From IMG/VR virus record IMGVR_UViG_3300031576_000006, positions 32,001-96,000 of that record: DNA of 64,000 nt, one strand, 5' to 3'. The position numbers were made by a program, and so were the translations under genes. Below, in pieces: positions 26,187-34,290 of this stretch. The notes under the pieces were generated by a model, which was not told where the DNA came from, ran no database searches, and was given only the letters and a program-made list of their open reading frames with translations. The stretch comes from a virus. Within the stretch, counting starts at the first letter, position 1; every line of letters starts with the position of its first letter.

Positions 26187-27680
26187 ATGGGCGGTCTAGA
26201 AAAAGATACAGAATACGGTAAAGCACTATCGGGATCTATCACTGGCGTCGGCCAAAGTGTAGATATTTTTGATTCCAATTCCAATACCAGGACTATTCAG
26301 CTTGCTGGCACATGGTCTGGTACCTTAGTTGTAGAAGCCAGTAATGACAATGTTACCTACACAACTCTCTCAATTTTAAAATTAAGTTCATTTACATTCA
26401 TCGCTTCGTTAACGGTCAGTGGCATGTACATAGTAAATGGAGGTGGATATAGCCATCTTCGTGTAAGATCCACCGCCTGGACGAGCGGCACTGTAGATAT
26501 CTCTGCTCGTGGTACAGATGCAGCTTCCTCGATTCACTCTCAGTCTACCGTCCGAGGATCAGACGGAACCCAAATCGGAAATGCTTTTGACGCTCTTAAA
26601 ATAGGCATACAGGGTAGCGATGGAAATTATGTTGCAGATGTAGAGTTAGTTAATAGCAAGCGAAGACTTCTTACTGATGCCATTGTAACCGTTGAAGAGA
26701 TCTTTGGACAAGATCCCTTCCCAGATACATTTTTTACTATTGTAAATGCTGGCGCTGCTGGAACCACAATAAGAGTACAGGTTGCGGCAACAACTGGAGA
26801 TCCAACGACTCCAGATAGAGATATCGCAGCGGTTGATCTCACTTATACTCTTGTGGCGGCTGACGTTGGTGATGAGATAAAACTCAGAGACAATATTATA
26901 ACCTACCTGAACGCTCAATCTTCATTCAGTGCAAGCCTTAAGGCTCAAAAAGTAAAAGATCTGGCTATTGTTCACATTACCTCCAAGTTTCGTTCGATGA
27001 CTGGAGAATTTTATGAGAGGCCGGGTGTCAACGGTTTTCAGGTCACAACTACCGGAGCTACCTCAGTTCTTGTTGCCTTTGACAATGTAAAATCTCGCGG
27101 TAAGGCAACTTCTCTCGCGAGAGATCCAGATTCGCCGCACAGACTTGGAATTCTTGGTATTTCAGGTTCGGTAACTGTAACTCCCGGTGGAATTTCCGAT
27201 CTATTCATTGACAAACTACTCAATGTTGCCTCACCTGACATGCTTGTAAACGGTTCTGTCACCCCAGTAACTTTTACGCTTCCAACATCCTCACTGAATG
27301 ACAAGTATGTACAAAGACTCAGATTAGTAGCTAACGGTAATGGAATAAAATTTGGTCAATTCCTAAGTCAGAATAGCTCACTAACGACGGGCCTTTTGAT
27401 AGAGATTAAAAGTGACAATATTGTGACGACCTTACCCGTAATAAAATCAACAGACGACCTGAAGCATTTATTTTCCTTTCCCCCTACAGGATTTTCTCTA
27501 CACGTCCAAGCTGGTCGAGATGATCTAACTGCGGAGTTTCAATTTGAAAATCCATTTGTTATCAGACGAACTGGAACCTTTACAACTGATGATTATCTTA
27601 AGGTCACGGTTCGGGACAATTTAACGAACAACATTTTATACCTTGAAAGCATAGCTTTCGGATTTGAAAAGGAGCCTTAA
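26187..27680 (+). CDS. putative virion structural protein
   Basis: N-terminal jelly-roll-like GTWSGTLVVEASND...LRVRSTAWTSG; Thr/Ser-rich. Confidence 0.5.
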   Translation: MGGLEKDTEYGKALSGSITGVGQSVDIFDSNSNTRTIQLAGTWSGTLVVEASNDNVTYTTLSILKLSSFTFIASLTVSGMYIVNGGGYSHLRVRSTAWTSGTVDISARGTDAASSIHSQSTVRGSDGTQIGNAFDALKIGIQGSDGNYVADVELVNSKRRLLTDAIVTVEEIFGQDPFPDTFFTIVNAGAAGTTIRVQVAATTGDPTTPDRDIAAVDLTYTLVAADVGDEIKLRDNIITYLNAQSSFSASLKAQKVKDLAIVHITSKFRSMTGEFYERPGVNGFQVTTTGATSVLVAFDNVKSRGKATSLARDPDSPHRLGILGISGSVTVTPGGISDLFIDKLLNVASPDMLVNGSVTPVTFTLPTSSLNDKYVQRLRLVANGNGIKFGQFLSQNSSLTTGLLIEIKSDNIVTTLPVIKSTDDLKHLFSFPPTGFSLHVQAGRDDLTAEFQFENPFVIRRTGTFTTDDYLKVTVRDNLTNNILYLESIAFGFEKEP

Positions 27681-27682
27681 GT

Positions 27683-28147
27683 ATGTGGATTCCAGAGAAA
27701 AATTCTAATGGCATACCCATAAGTGCTCCGACTTTCGAAGATGTTGGCAATCTCACTCCAGTATGGAAGGGTTTTTTGTACGTTGCTGCGCCTATGTCTT
27801 TGAGTATGTTTGATCAAGTTATTACTAGCCAGGAAAGGCTCAGGGAGGGATGGTTCAGGATATTGCTAGATGGACACATTGGAGATTACATAGAATGCTC
27901 TATTGTGGACAAGGATGATGTCTTAGGAATGTTCTCTGCACTGAATTTAGTGGTTGGTGTAGACGTTCTTGAAATAAAAAAATATGTCAAAACAGAATAC
28001 GTAGCCCCTGAAGATAAAGGTAGACAAGAATTCAAATCAAATTCTGTGTCTGAATTGATGCCAGGTCTTTTTTTAAGGGTCAGCTATCTAAATATAGGAT
28101 CGGAGCCGGTAACCTTTACTGTTACTAAGAAATTTTATGAAGCTTAA
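27683..28147 (+). CDS. putative virion protein
   Basis: Late block, beta-rich. Confidence 0.45.
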   Translation: MWIPEKNSNGIPISAPTFEDVGNLTPVWKGFLYVAAPMSLSMFDQVITSQERLREGWFRILLDGHIGDYIECSIVDKDDVLGMFSALNLVVGVDVLEIKKYVKTEYVAPEDKGRQEFKSNSVSELMPGLFLRVSYLNIGSEPVTFTVTKKFYEA

Positions 28148-28290
28148 TATAAACGGAAAAGAAGTGGATCTAATCATAAATGGCGAAATTCCAGATTTTT
28201 TGGCTAAAAAAGTCAAACTGGCAGATGAAGGATTGACTCCTGATGAAGTGGTACGAAAACGTCGGGAAGAATTGAAGAAATCGGAAGAAA

Positions 28291-28554
28291 ATGAAGAATA
28301 ATTGCAGAATTTGTCGATATTTTTGGAACAATCTCATTGCGGTTGATCAATTGGTTAATACCATTTTTGGTGGTGACCCTGATGAAACCATTAGCTCTCG
28401 AATGGGCAAGTGGGGCATTCACTACAAAGACGATCATAATAATTGGCGTCATAAGTTCGCTAAGGGTCTTTGCTGGCTTCTAAATCTCATCGACAAAGAT
28501 CACTGCAATAAATCCATCGAGTCAGATGAAGGCAATAAAGAGGTAATAGAGTAA
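28291..28554 (+). CDS. conserved phage protein of tail/lysis regions
   Basis: NLIAVDQLVNTIFGGDPDETISSRMG...LC..L..IDKDHC motif. Confidence 0.6.
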   Translation: MKNNCRICRYFWNNLIAVDQLVNTIFGGDPDETISSRMGKWGIHYKDDHNNWRHKFAKGLCWLLNLIDKDHCNKSIESDEGNKEVIE

Positions 28555-28907
28555 TGAATCTTAAGCTTTTTGCCGAAAAATGGAAAGATCTAATAGATAA
28601 GGCTAACTCTCGTGGTATTCCACTGCCTATGGTTAGAGATAAAGGCAAGGCTTCGATTACGGCTACACTTGTTGTAATTTCTTCAGGCCTGTGTGGTATT
28701 TCCATACTCATGATGTTGGCAGTATTTATATCCAAAATGACCGCCTTCTTTATGCTCAATGATGCCACTTTCAATATCATGAAAGAAGCATTTAGCTCCT
28801 CATTCCAATTCTTTATTGCATCTCTTGGCGGCTATCTTGGCCGTAAAATGCAGAAAAATGGTAATGATGTTACGCTCGACGAGAAAAAAGATCCCCCTAA
28901 AGAATAA
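28554..28907 (+). CDS. putative holin (2 TM)
   Basis: Two TM segments, charged C-terminal tail, end of late block. Confidence 0.45.
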   Translation: MNLKLFAEKWKDLIDKANSRGIPLPMVRDKGKASITATLVVISSGLCGISILMMLAVFISKMTAFFMLNDATFNIMKEAFSSSFQFFIASLGGYLGRKMQKNGNDVTLDEKKDPPKE

Positions 28908-28913
28908 AAATTC

Positions 28914-28942
28914 TTGTATCTATTAATCAATTGGGTTAGTAT
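28914..28942 (+). promoter_or_regulatory. sigma70-like promoter, probably leaderless transcript
   Basis: TTGTAT-N17-TAGTAT-N6-ATG(28949). Confidence 0.6.
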
Positions 28943-28948
28943 TGATAC

Positions 28949-29203
28949 ATGATTGATCGTACTAAAAAATACAAAGTCGTAGGATATAATACGCCATGGT
29001 CCCCACCATTACCATCGGTCAACGAATACGACTTAAAATGGGCTCAAGAACTAAAAGACGTATATGGACTCAATCTAGATGTGCAAGTAATTGCATTAAA
29101 CTGGCGAACTTTCTCAAGCGATCTGTATTGTGCCGGATGGGTAGCAGACTCTAAAGAAAGCATCGAACGTTGTTTCGGTGTAGTCCTGGAGGAAATCCAG
29201 TGA
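28949..29203 (+). CDS. hypothetical protein
   Basis: First gene of the inserted operon; WRTFSSDLYCAGW motif. Confidence 0.55.
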   Translation: MIDRTKKYKVVGYNTPWSPPLPSVNEYDLKWAQELKDVYGLNLDVQVIALNWRTFSSDLYCAGWVADSKESIERCFGVVLEEIQ

Positions 29204-29397
29204 GGTTTGATCCAAGATCCACCAAACACCCCGACGAACCTTACGTCTCAAGCCCAGACTGGGCGATTCAAAAGAATAATTTTTTAATCAATAAACAAGA
29301 AGTTAAGGCGTGTAACGCTAAAATGAATGGTAGGTTTCATTGGCCCAAGCGCGAAATACCGCCTGATATGGAGATTACAGATGGTTCTATCCGATAA
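29200..29397 (+). CDS. hypothetical protein
   Basis: GGAGG SD and GTGA coupling at 29200. Confidence 0.5.
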   Translation: MRFDPRSTKHPDEPYVSSPDWAIQKNNFLINKQEVKACNAKMNGRFHWPKREIPPDMEITDGSIR

Positions 29398-29641
29398 AGA
29401 AGCCAAGTTCATAGCAATTCTTTTGGACATGGCCAAAGATGAGTTCGCAAATCACGGCTGCAATGATCTATCAGACGAACTTAGAAACTTTTTCACAAAA
29501 GAAGAACAGGATAAGCTCAACAGAGATATGCACAATTGGAACGGTGACCCTGAAGAGTACCGTAGGGGTGAACCGCTTATGAATTATGACTGGCTTTGGA
29601 TGTCATTCTTTGCTGGTAAACTAAGAGGAGAAATAAGATGA
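29381..29641 (+). CDS. hypothetical protein
   Basis: GGAG SD before ATG 29381; FANHGCND motif. Confidence 0.55.
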   Translation: MVLSDKEAKFIAILLDMAKDEFANHGCNDLSDELRNFFTKEEQDKLNRDMHNWNGDPEEYRRGEPLMNYDWLWMSFFAGKLRGEIR

Positions 29642-30672
29642 ACTTTAATCGCAGGCCCAGACTAGATATGGGCTATGGCAACCCCGGATTCCTTCAGTCA
29701 TACTGGCAGGAAGTTGGCCTGAGATTTCTTTCCAATCCACTAATAAGTCAAATGAGTTATCCACATAGTAAAGCTACTCTTCCGGAATTAGCTAACTACA
29801 TCCGACTTATCCACAAGAAACATAAGAATGTAAAAATTACTGATAAGTCTCATATTGTAGTGACCAACGGAGCCGTTCAAGCTCTCTCTGCTGCAATGTT
29901 CTATTACCATAGAAAAAAGTACGTAGACTATATGTACGCCCCCATTCCTTATTGGGGTAGGTTCGATGACTTAGCCTCCAATCTACATATCACATTAGTC
30001 AATCAATGGTTAATGGATGACACTAAAACTGATTACCAACAGGCTACTGCAGTTAAGAAAGATAGTGGGGTAATTTCACTTATCACTTCACCCAACAATC
30101 CGGACGGACAGGATACTTCAAAGCTTCCAGCTACAATCAGAGATGCCTGTTATAATTGGTCACATTATACCGATAAGGTCGTCAAGTTCAAAGATGAGGT
30201 TGTAATCTTTTCACTATCTAAATTCTCTGGCCATTCTTCCTCACGTATAGGCTGGGCTATTACTGAAAATCCTGAGATTGCCGAAACTATGCAAAAGTAT
30301 ATAGACACCTTTACTAGTGGAGTCAGTATAGATGCTCAAGTGAAGGCATCCAGAATTTTGTCTTATATGAATTCAAACAATGATTTCGTGTTTGATAGTT
30401 TGGCTGGAATCATAAAGAAAAGAAATTTCATATTAAGAAAGCTTGTAAAACATACACAGCTTCCAATTAAGATCCTATCAAGACAAGGCATGTTTTTATA
30501 TGTCGAATGCGATCCAGACTTAGTTAAAAAGCTTAATGTAGAATGTACAAACGGTAAGTACTTCGGAGACAACGAAGATCGACACAGATTTAATATTGGC
30601 GTCACTGAAGAAGTGTTTGTAGAGTTTGTTTCGAGACTTACACAAGTAAGTAAAGATTACATTAAAACGTAA
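29638..30672 (+). CDS. PLP-dependent fold-type I enzyme, TAA1/TAR/alliinase-like aminotransferase
   Basis: HIVVTNGA, TSPNNPDG, DACYNWSHYT, FSLSK(PLP Lys)FSGHSSSRIGWA, GVS..AQV, C-terminal R(FN). Confidence 0.85.
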   Translation: MNFNRRPRLDMGYGNPGFLQSYWQEVGLRFLSNPLISQMSYPHSKATLPELANYIRLIHKKHKNVKITDKSHIVVTNGAVQALSAAMFYYHRKKYVDYMYAPIPYWGRFDDLASNLHITLVNQWLMDDTKTDYQQATAVKKDSGVISLITSPNNPDGQDTSKLPATIRDACYNWSHYTDKVVKFKDEVVIFSLSKFSGHSSSRIGWAITENPEIAETMQKYIDTFTSGVSIDAQVKASRILSYMNSNNDFVFDSLAGIIKKRNFILRKLVKHTQLPIKILSRQGMFLYVECDPDLVKKLNVECTNGKYFGDNEDRHRFNIGVTEEVFVEFVSRLTQVSKDYIKT

Positions 30673-30949
30673 AGCCAAACATCAATCGACCTTCTTTATT
30701 ATTCCCTTCAATTGATATGTATTTGTTAATCACAGCCCTAGCATTATGACCAGTACTAAAGATGATCAATGGCATAGTGTAAGGAACAAGTACCTCGCTG
30801 ACAAAAGGACCGGCCACTTTCTTAGCCTGCATCTCACCACGCTGTACCATTTCCCTAAACTCCTTATTCTGTGCGTAGTAAGCCTCTGGAGTCTTATTAC
30901 ACTCGTATCCACTGACACACATAGCAATAACGAACGCTTCTAACCACAT
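30662..30949 (-). CDS. small secreted/membrane protein ending in a beta-signal-like FGFTF
   Basis: Start trimmed to ATG 30949, 6 nt after a -10 box; hydrophobic N-terminus. Confidence 0.5.
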   Translation of the reverse strand: MWLEAFVIAMCVSGYECNKTPEAYYAQNKEFREMVQRGEMQAKKVAGPFVSEVLVPYTMPLIIFSTGHNARAVINKYISIEGNNKEGRLMFGFTF

Positions 30950-30955
30950 ACTGAC

Positions 30956-30984
30956 AATATACCACATGTCAGCACTTTGTGCAA
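30956..30984 (-). promoter_or_regulatory. sigma70-like promoter, probably leaderless transcript
   Basis: TTGCAC-N17-TATATT-N6-ATG(30949), with extended TG. Confidence 0.6.
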
Positions 30985-31005
30985 TTAACACCAATATCCA
31001 ATGAT

Positions 31006-31035
31006 ATCGCTAGCTTAGCTCAAAAACTTAATAAT
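31006..31035 (+). promoter_or_regulatory. putative late promoter (copy 4)
   Basis: ATCGCTAGCTTAGCTCAAAAACTTAATAAT. Confidence 0.7.
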
Positions 31036-31082
31036 AAACCGTCCCACTTCCCCGCCTTTCTATCCTTCAATTAGGAAAACCT

Positions 31083-31475
31083 ATGAAAAAGCTGCCGGAC
31101 ATAATTAAATTTGTGTCTCTTGAATCCGTTGGTGAGAACACTGGTCACCGATATGTTGGGTCTTTTCGACTCAAAGTTTTAATAACTCATGATCAACGTT
31201 TTGCCATTGAGCGTACATATAAAGAGATGTTGCCTGATGATGTTGGCGTCATTCAAGAGATTAAAATCAGATGTGGCGCTATAGCCGAGCTTGAGCATCG
31301 TGTCGTTGAAGCTCCATTATGGTGGAGAGATTCACGCAATGGTAGAGACCTTATCGATTCACAGCCCCTATATGACATGATGATCCATATCTCTGAAAAG
31401 TACGAAGAATGGAAATCTGAACTTCAAAAGGAAGTAGCTGAGCCGAATGTACCTACCGAACAATCAAGTTCTTAA
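31083..31475 (+). CDS. putative tail assembly chaperone
   Basis: Position before the tape measure gene; ...VVEAPLWW motif. Confidence 0.5.
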   Translation: MKKLPDIIKFVSLESVGENTGHRYVGSFRLKVLITHDQRFAIERTYKEMLPDDVGVIQEIKIRCGAIAELEHRVVEAPLWWRDSRNGRDLIDSQPLYDMMIHISEKYEEWKSELQKEVAEPNVPTEQSSS

Positions 31476-31953
31476 ATATATTAGGCTTTTGTCTATTTAT
31501 AATGTCAATAGTAATTCCATTGAGTGGTATGTAGAACAGGCCTATCGATACTATTCCAAGACCTACCATACCCCATTACACGTTGCTCGTAAGAATATGA
31601 TCCCAGCTGAAGTCGTCCAGATCTTTATGGAAGATGAGATGGCCGATATGAATCCTGAAGATGTCACGGCCCTTAAGGATAGACTTGTAAAAGTTCCAAA
31701 ACCTATGCTTAATGTCGAAGACTATCAACCTGAAGAAGACACTGAGCTTTCCGATGAAGAATGGGTTATGCAACAAATGGCTGAAGCTGCTAAGAATGAA
31801 AAGAATACAAAACCAAAGCCTAAGGCCAATCCTGGCCCAAGTATGGGAGATGCCATGTCGGCAGCCCAGAAGGCCGTTCAAAACCTATATTCTCAATTAA
31901 ACAAACCTACGCCTGATAAAGATGAAGGCGAAATCAAGTTCAATAAAGAGTAA
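31447..31953 (+). CDS. putative tail assembly chaperone 2
   Basis: Immediately upstream of TMP; RYYSKTYHTPLH, acidic tail. Confidence 0.45.
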   Translation: MYLPNNQVLKYIRLLSIYNVNSNSIEWYVEQAYRYYSKTYHTPLHVARKNMIPAEVVQIFMEDEMADMNPEDVTALKDRLVKVPKPMLNVEDYQPEEDTELSDEEWVMQQMAEAAKNEKNTKPKPKANPGPSMGDAMSAAQKAVQNLYSQLNKPTPDKDEGEIKFNKE

Positions 31954-31956
31954 TAA

Positions 31957-34290
31957 ATGCAAAGCGACTTAATCAAGCAGATTATCCTCAAATTTAAGAC
32001 AGAAGGCGCTGATCAGGTCAAGCGGGTCGCTGACTCGATGACTAAATCATTTAATCCTCGCGAGACCGAAAGGTTCATGCGTAACCTTGAGCAAGTCCAA
32101 CAGAAGTTTGGTAAGGCTGGCACTGGTATGAGCGCTGAGCTTAAAAAGGTTACAGAATATTTCAAAGAACTTAATAATCAGCACTTCCAGCGAGCCGAGC
32201 GTAACCTCGATCGTATGGGTAGACTTATTAAGAATCAGATCGAAAATATTGAACGCCTTAAAAGAGAGGGTGCTTCTGCTGAAGAGATCGGTAAACGTCA
32301 GACCACACTTAAGTCGGCCACTCAAAGCATGGAACTGTTAGCAAATCAAACTCCATATAAAAGAGATCAATTGCGCGACTATATGGAAGGTCAAATTCCA
32401 GGACTAACCCAAGTAAGACGTATTGGCGGTATGCTGTCTCCAGGCATGAAAATGGCCGGTGGAGCGGTAGTGGGTGCAGCTGGAGTAGCAAGTTTAGTAG
32501 CAAGTGCCACTAGCACCGTGAATGAGATTAAAAAAGAGAGCATGCAAAACCGCATCGCAGTTGCTGATATAATCAAATCACAAGCCTTGGATGTGTTTGG
32601 CGGTAATATGTCTCGTGCTGCACTTTATTCAAATAAGCAGCGCAGAGAAGGTATAGCTTCAGACCTTGGCACCCTACAAACTACACAAGATATTGCGACT
32701 GGCGCTAGAGGAATTGGCGGTACGCTGATGACTGTAGGCGGCGGTATTCTTGGCAGTGCATTTGGTCCTCTCGGAACGGTTGCTGGTGCGTGGGCTGGAA
32801 GTAAACTTGGCGGTATGTTAGGTTTAGGCGGTGCAGGAGATACCATTAATGCCGGTAAATACTTTTTAGCCGGTGGACGAGAAGCTGCAATTCAAAAGAA
32901 TAGACAGCTGGCGGAAGATAAAGCCGAGTCTCAAACAATGGATCTCGAATACTACAAAGAATTTGGTCGCAATGCTGAAATGCGATTCAATTATCAAAGA
33001 CAGTTAGGATTAGGAGATCAGACTGCCCTAGACGTTAGAGAACGATTCCGTGCAGCTGGAGTGTTAGATGAGGGTCAAATAGCTCAGTCAATGCTCAGCT
33101 TTCGCAGATTTGGAGCGCGTACAGCACCGACTGTTGGTGCTCAAACTGCCGAGATGGCTAAACAAATGGGCATGTCACAAGAGTCCGCACAGATGTTAAT
33201 GCAGAACGTTGCAGGAGTTAATCGTGGTGGTATTGGTACAGCAAAGAAGGATTTGGAAGAACTCTTTAGACGTGCAGTAGCTTCAGGGGTTACTGATTCA
33301 GGTCTAATCGAAGAATATCAGAAATCAGCTACCGGCTTAATGCAAGTATTGGGATCTCGTATGAATGCCGGTCAGATTGCCGGAGCGATGAATAGCTTTA
33401 TGTTAGAAGGTGCTGGTCAGCGTGAGATTGCAGCTATACAACCAGCCATACAAGCTTTCGGCCAAACAATGAAAGGCGCTAGCCCATTAATGCAGGCCAA
33501 GAGCACTGCTGGTATATTAAATCTATCTCGTGATGCTAAAGGTAATGTCAATATGTTGGCATTACAATATCTCAGCAACCTTAATCCCACAGAATTGGCA
33601 ACACTGAATGAGAACGATCCGGTTTTACAGCAACTGAATGAGAACGATCCGGTTTTACAGCAGATGGGTATTACTGCTGACAAGATCAAAACTTTCAGAA
33701 GAGATCAATCTCTCGGAACTCTGCGATCTAACCTCGGTGCAGAGCCTGGCCTTAAACTGTTAAATAAAGCTCAGACAAAAGGTGCAAATCTTACAGAAGG
33801 TGACCAGCGAATGCTTGCTATTGGCTTCGGACATACCGGTACTGGCGATATTCGAACAATTCAATCATTCCTTAAAGCCAATCTCGAATCAGCTGGCGGT
33901 GCAGGCGAAGGATTAACCTTTCAAGGTCCTGGTGGAGCACAGATAGGTTTGAAAGCTGTGCAAACTATGACAGCCGAACAAGTTATGGCTGATCAAGCTG
34001 GAACTCCAATATCGGCAGGCGTTGGGGTAAGAGCTAAGGCCGAAGGTCAAACCGAATTAGACCGACAGGTATATGAAAAAGTTTCTAAGAATATAGACAG
34101 CGTTTATGCGGTTTTTAAAGAACAGACCACACAAGTAATGCAGGATCTTGATAAGAACGTTTTGGCAGGTCCTATCGGTGAAATCGGTGATGCTGCACAA
34201 CGCATTGCTAATGCACTTTCCAGTGCCGCTGATCGTATTGAGGGTAATTCTTCCCATAGACAATCCTCTTCAAAACAGCCGGGTGAATAA
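31957..34290 (+). CDS. tape measure protein
   Basis: 777 aa, helical A/G/Q-rich with Gly-rich hydrophobic segments; lies between chaperones and hub. Confidence 0.75.
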   Translation: MQSDLIKQIILKFKTEGADQVKRVADSMTKSFNPRETERFMRNLEQVQQKFGKAGTGMSAELKKVTEYFKELNNQHFQRAERNLDRMGRLIKNQIENIERLKREGASAEEIGKRQTTLKSATQSMELLANQTPYKRDQLRDYMEGQIPGLTQVRRIGGMLSPGMKMAGGAVVGAAGVASLVASATSTVNEIKKESMQNRIAVADIIKSQALDVFGGNMSRAALYSNKQRREGIASDLGTLQTTQDIATGARGIGGTLMTVGGGILGSAFGPLGTVAGAWAGSKLGGMLGLGGAGDTINAGKYFLAGGREAAIQKNRQLAEDKAESQTMDLEYYKEFGRNAEMRFNYQRQLGLGDQTALDVRERFRAAGVLDEGQIAQSMLSFRRFGARTAPTVGAQTAEMAKQMGMSQESAQMLMQNVAGVNRGGIGTAKKDLEELFRRAVASGVTDSGLIEEYQKSATGLMQVLGSRMNAGQIAGAMNSFMLEGAGQREIAAIQPAIQAFGQTMKGASPLMQAKSTAGILNLSRDAKGNVNMLALQYLSNLNPTELATLNENDPVLQQLNENDPVLQQMGITADKIKTFRRDQSLGTLRSNLGAEPGLKLLNKAQTKGANLTEGDQRMLAIGFGHTGTGDIRTIQSFLKANLESAGGAGEGLTFQGPGGAQIGLKAVQTMTAEQVMADQAGTPISAGVGVRAKAEGQTELDRQVYEKVSKNIDSVYAVFKEQTTQVMQDLDKNVLAGPIGEIGDAAQRIANALSSAADRIEGNSSHRQSSSKQPGE
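33603..33662 (+). repeat. perfect 30-bp tandem duplication in TMP
   Basis: ACTGAATGAGAACGATCCGGTTTTACAGCA x2 (LNENDPVLQQ x2). Confidence 0.95.

Noticed and set aside
31083-31953. Programmed -1 frameshift between the tail chaperone genes
   Set aside because: The second ORF is in the +1 frame, has its own ATG, and no XXXYYYZ slippery heptamer is evident in the overlap
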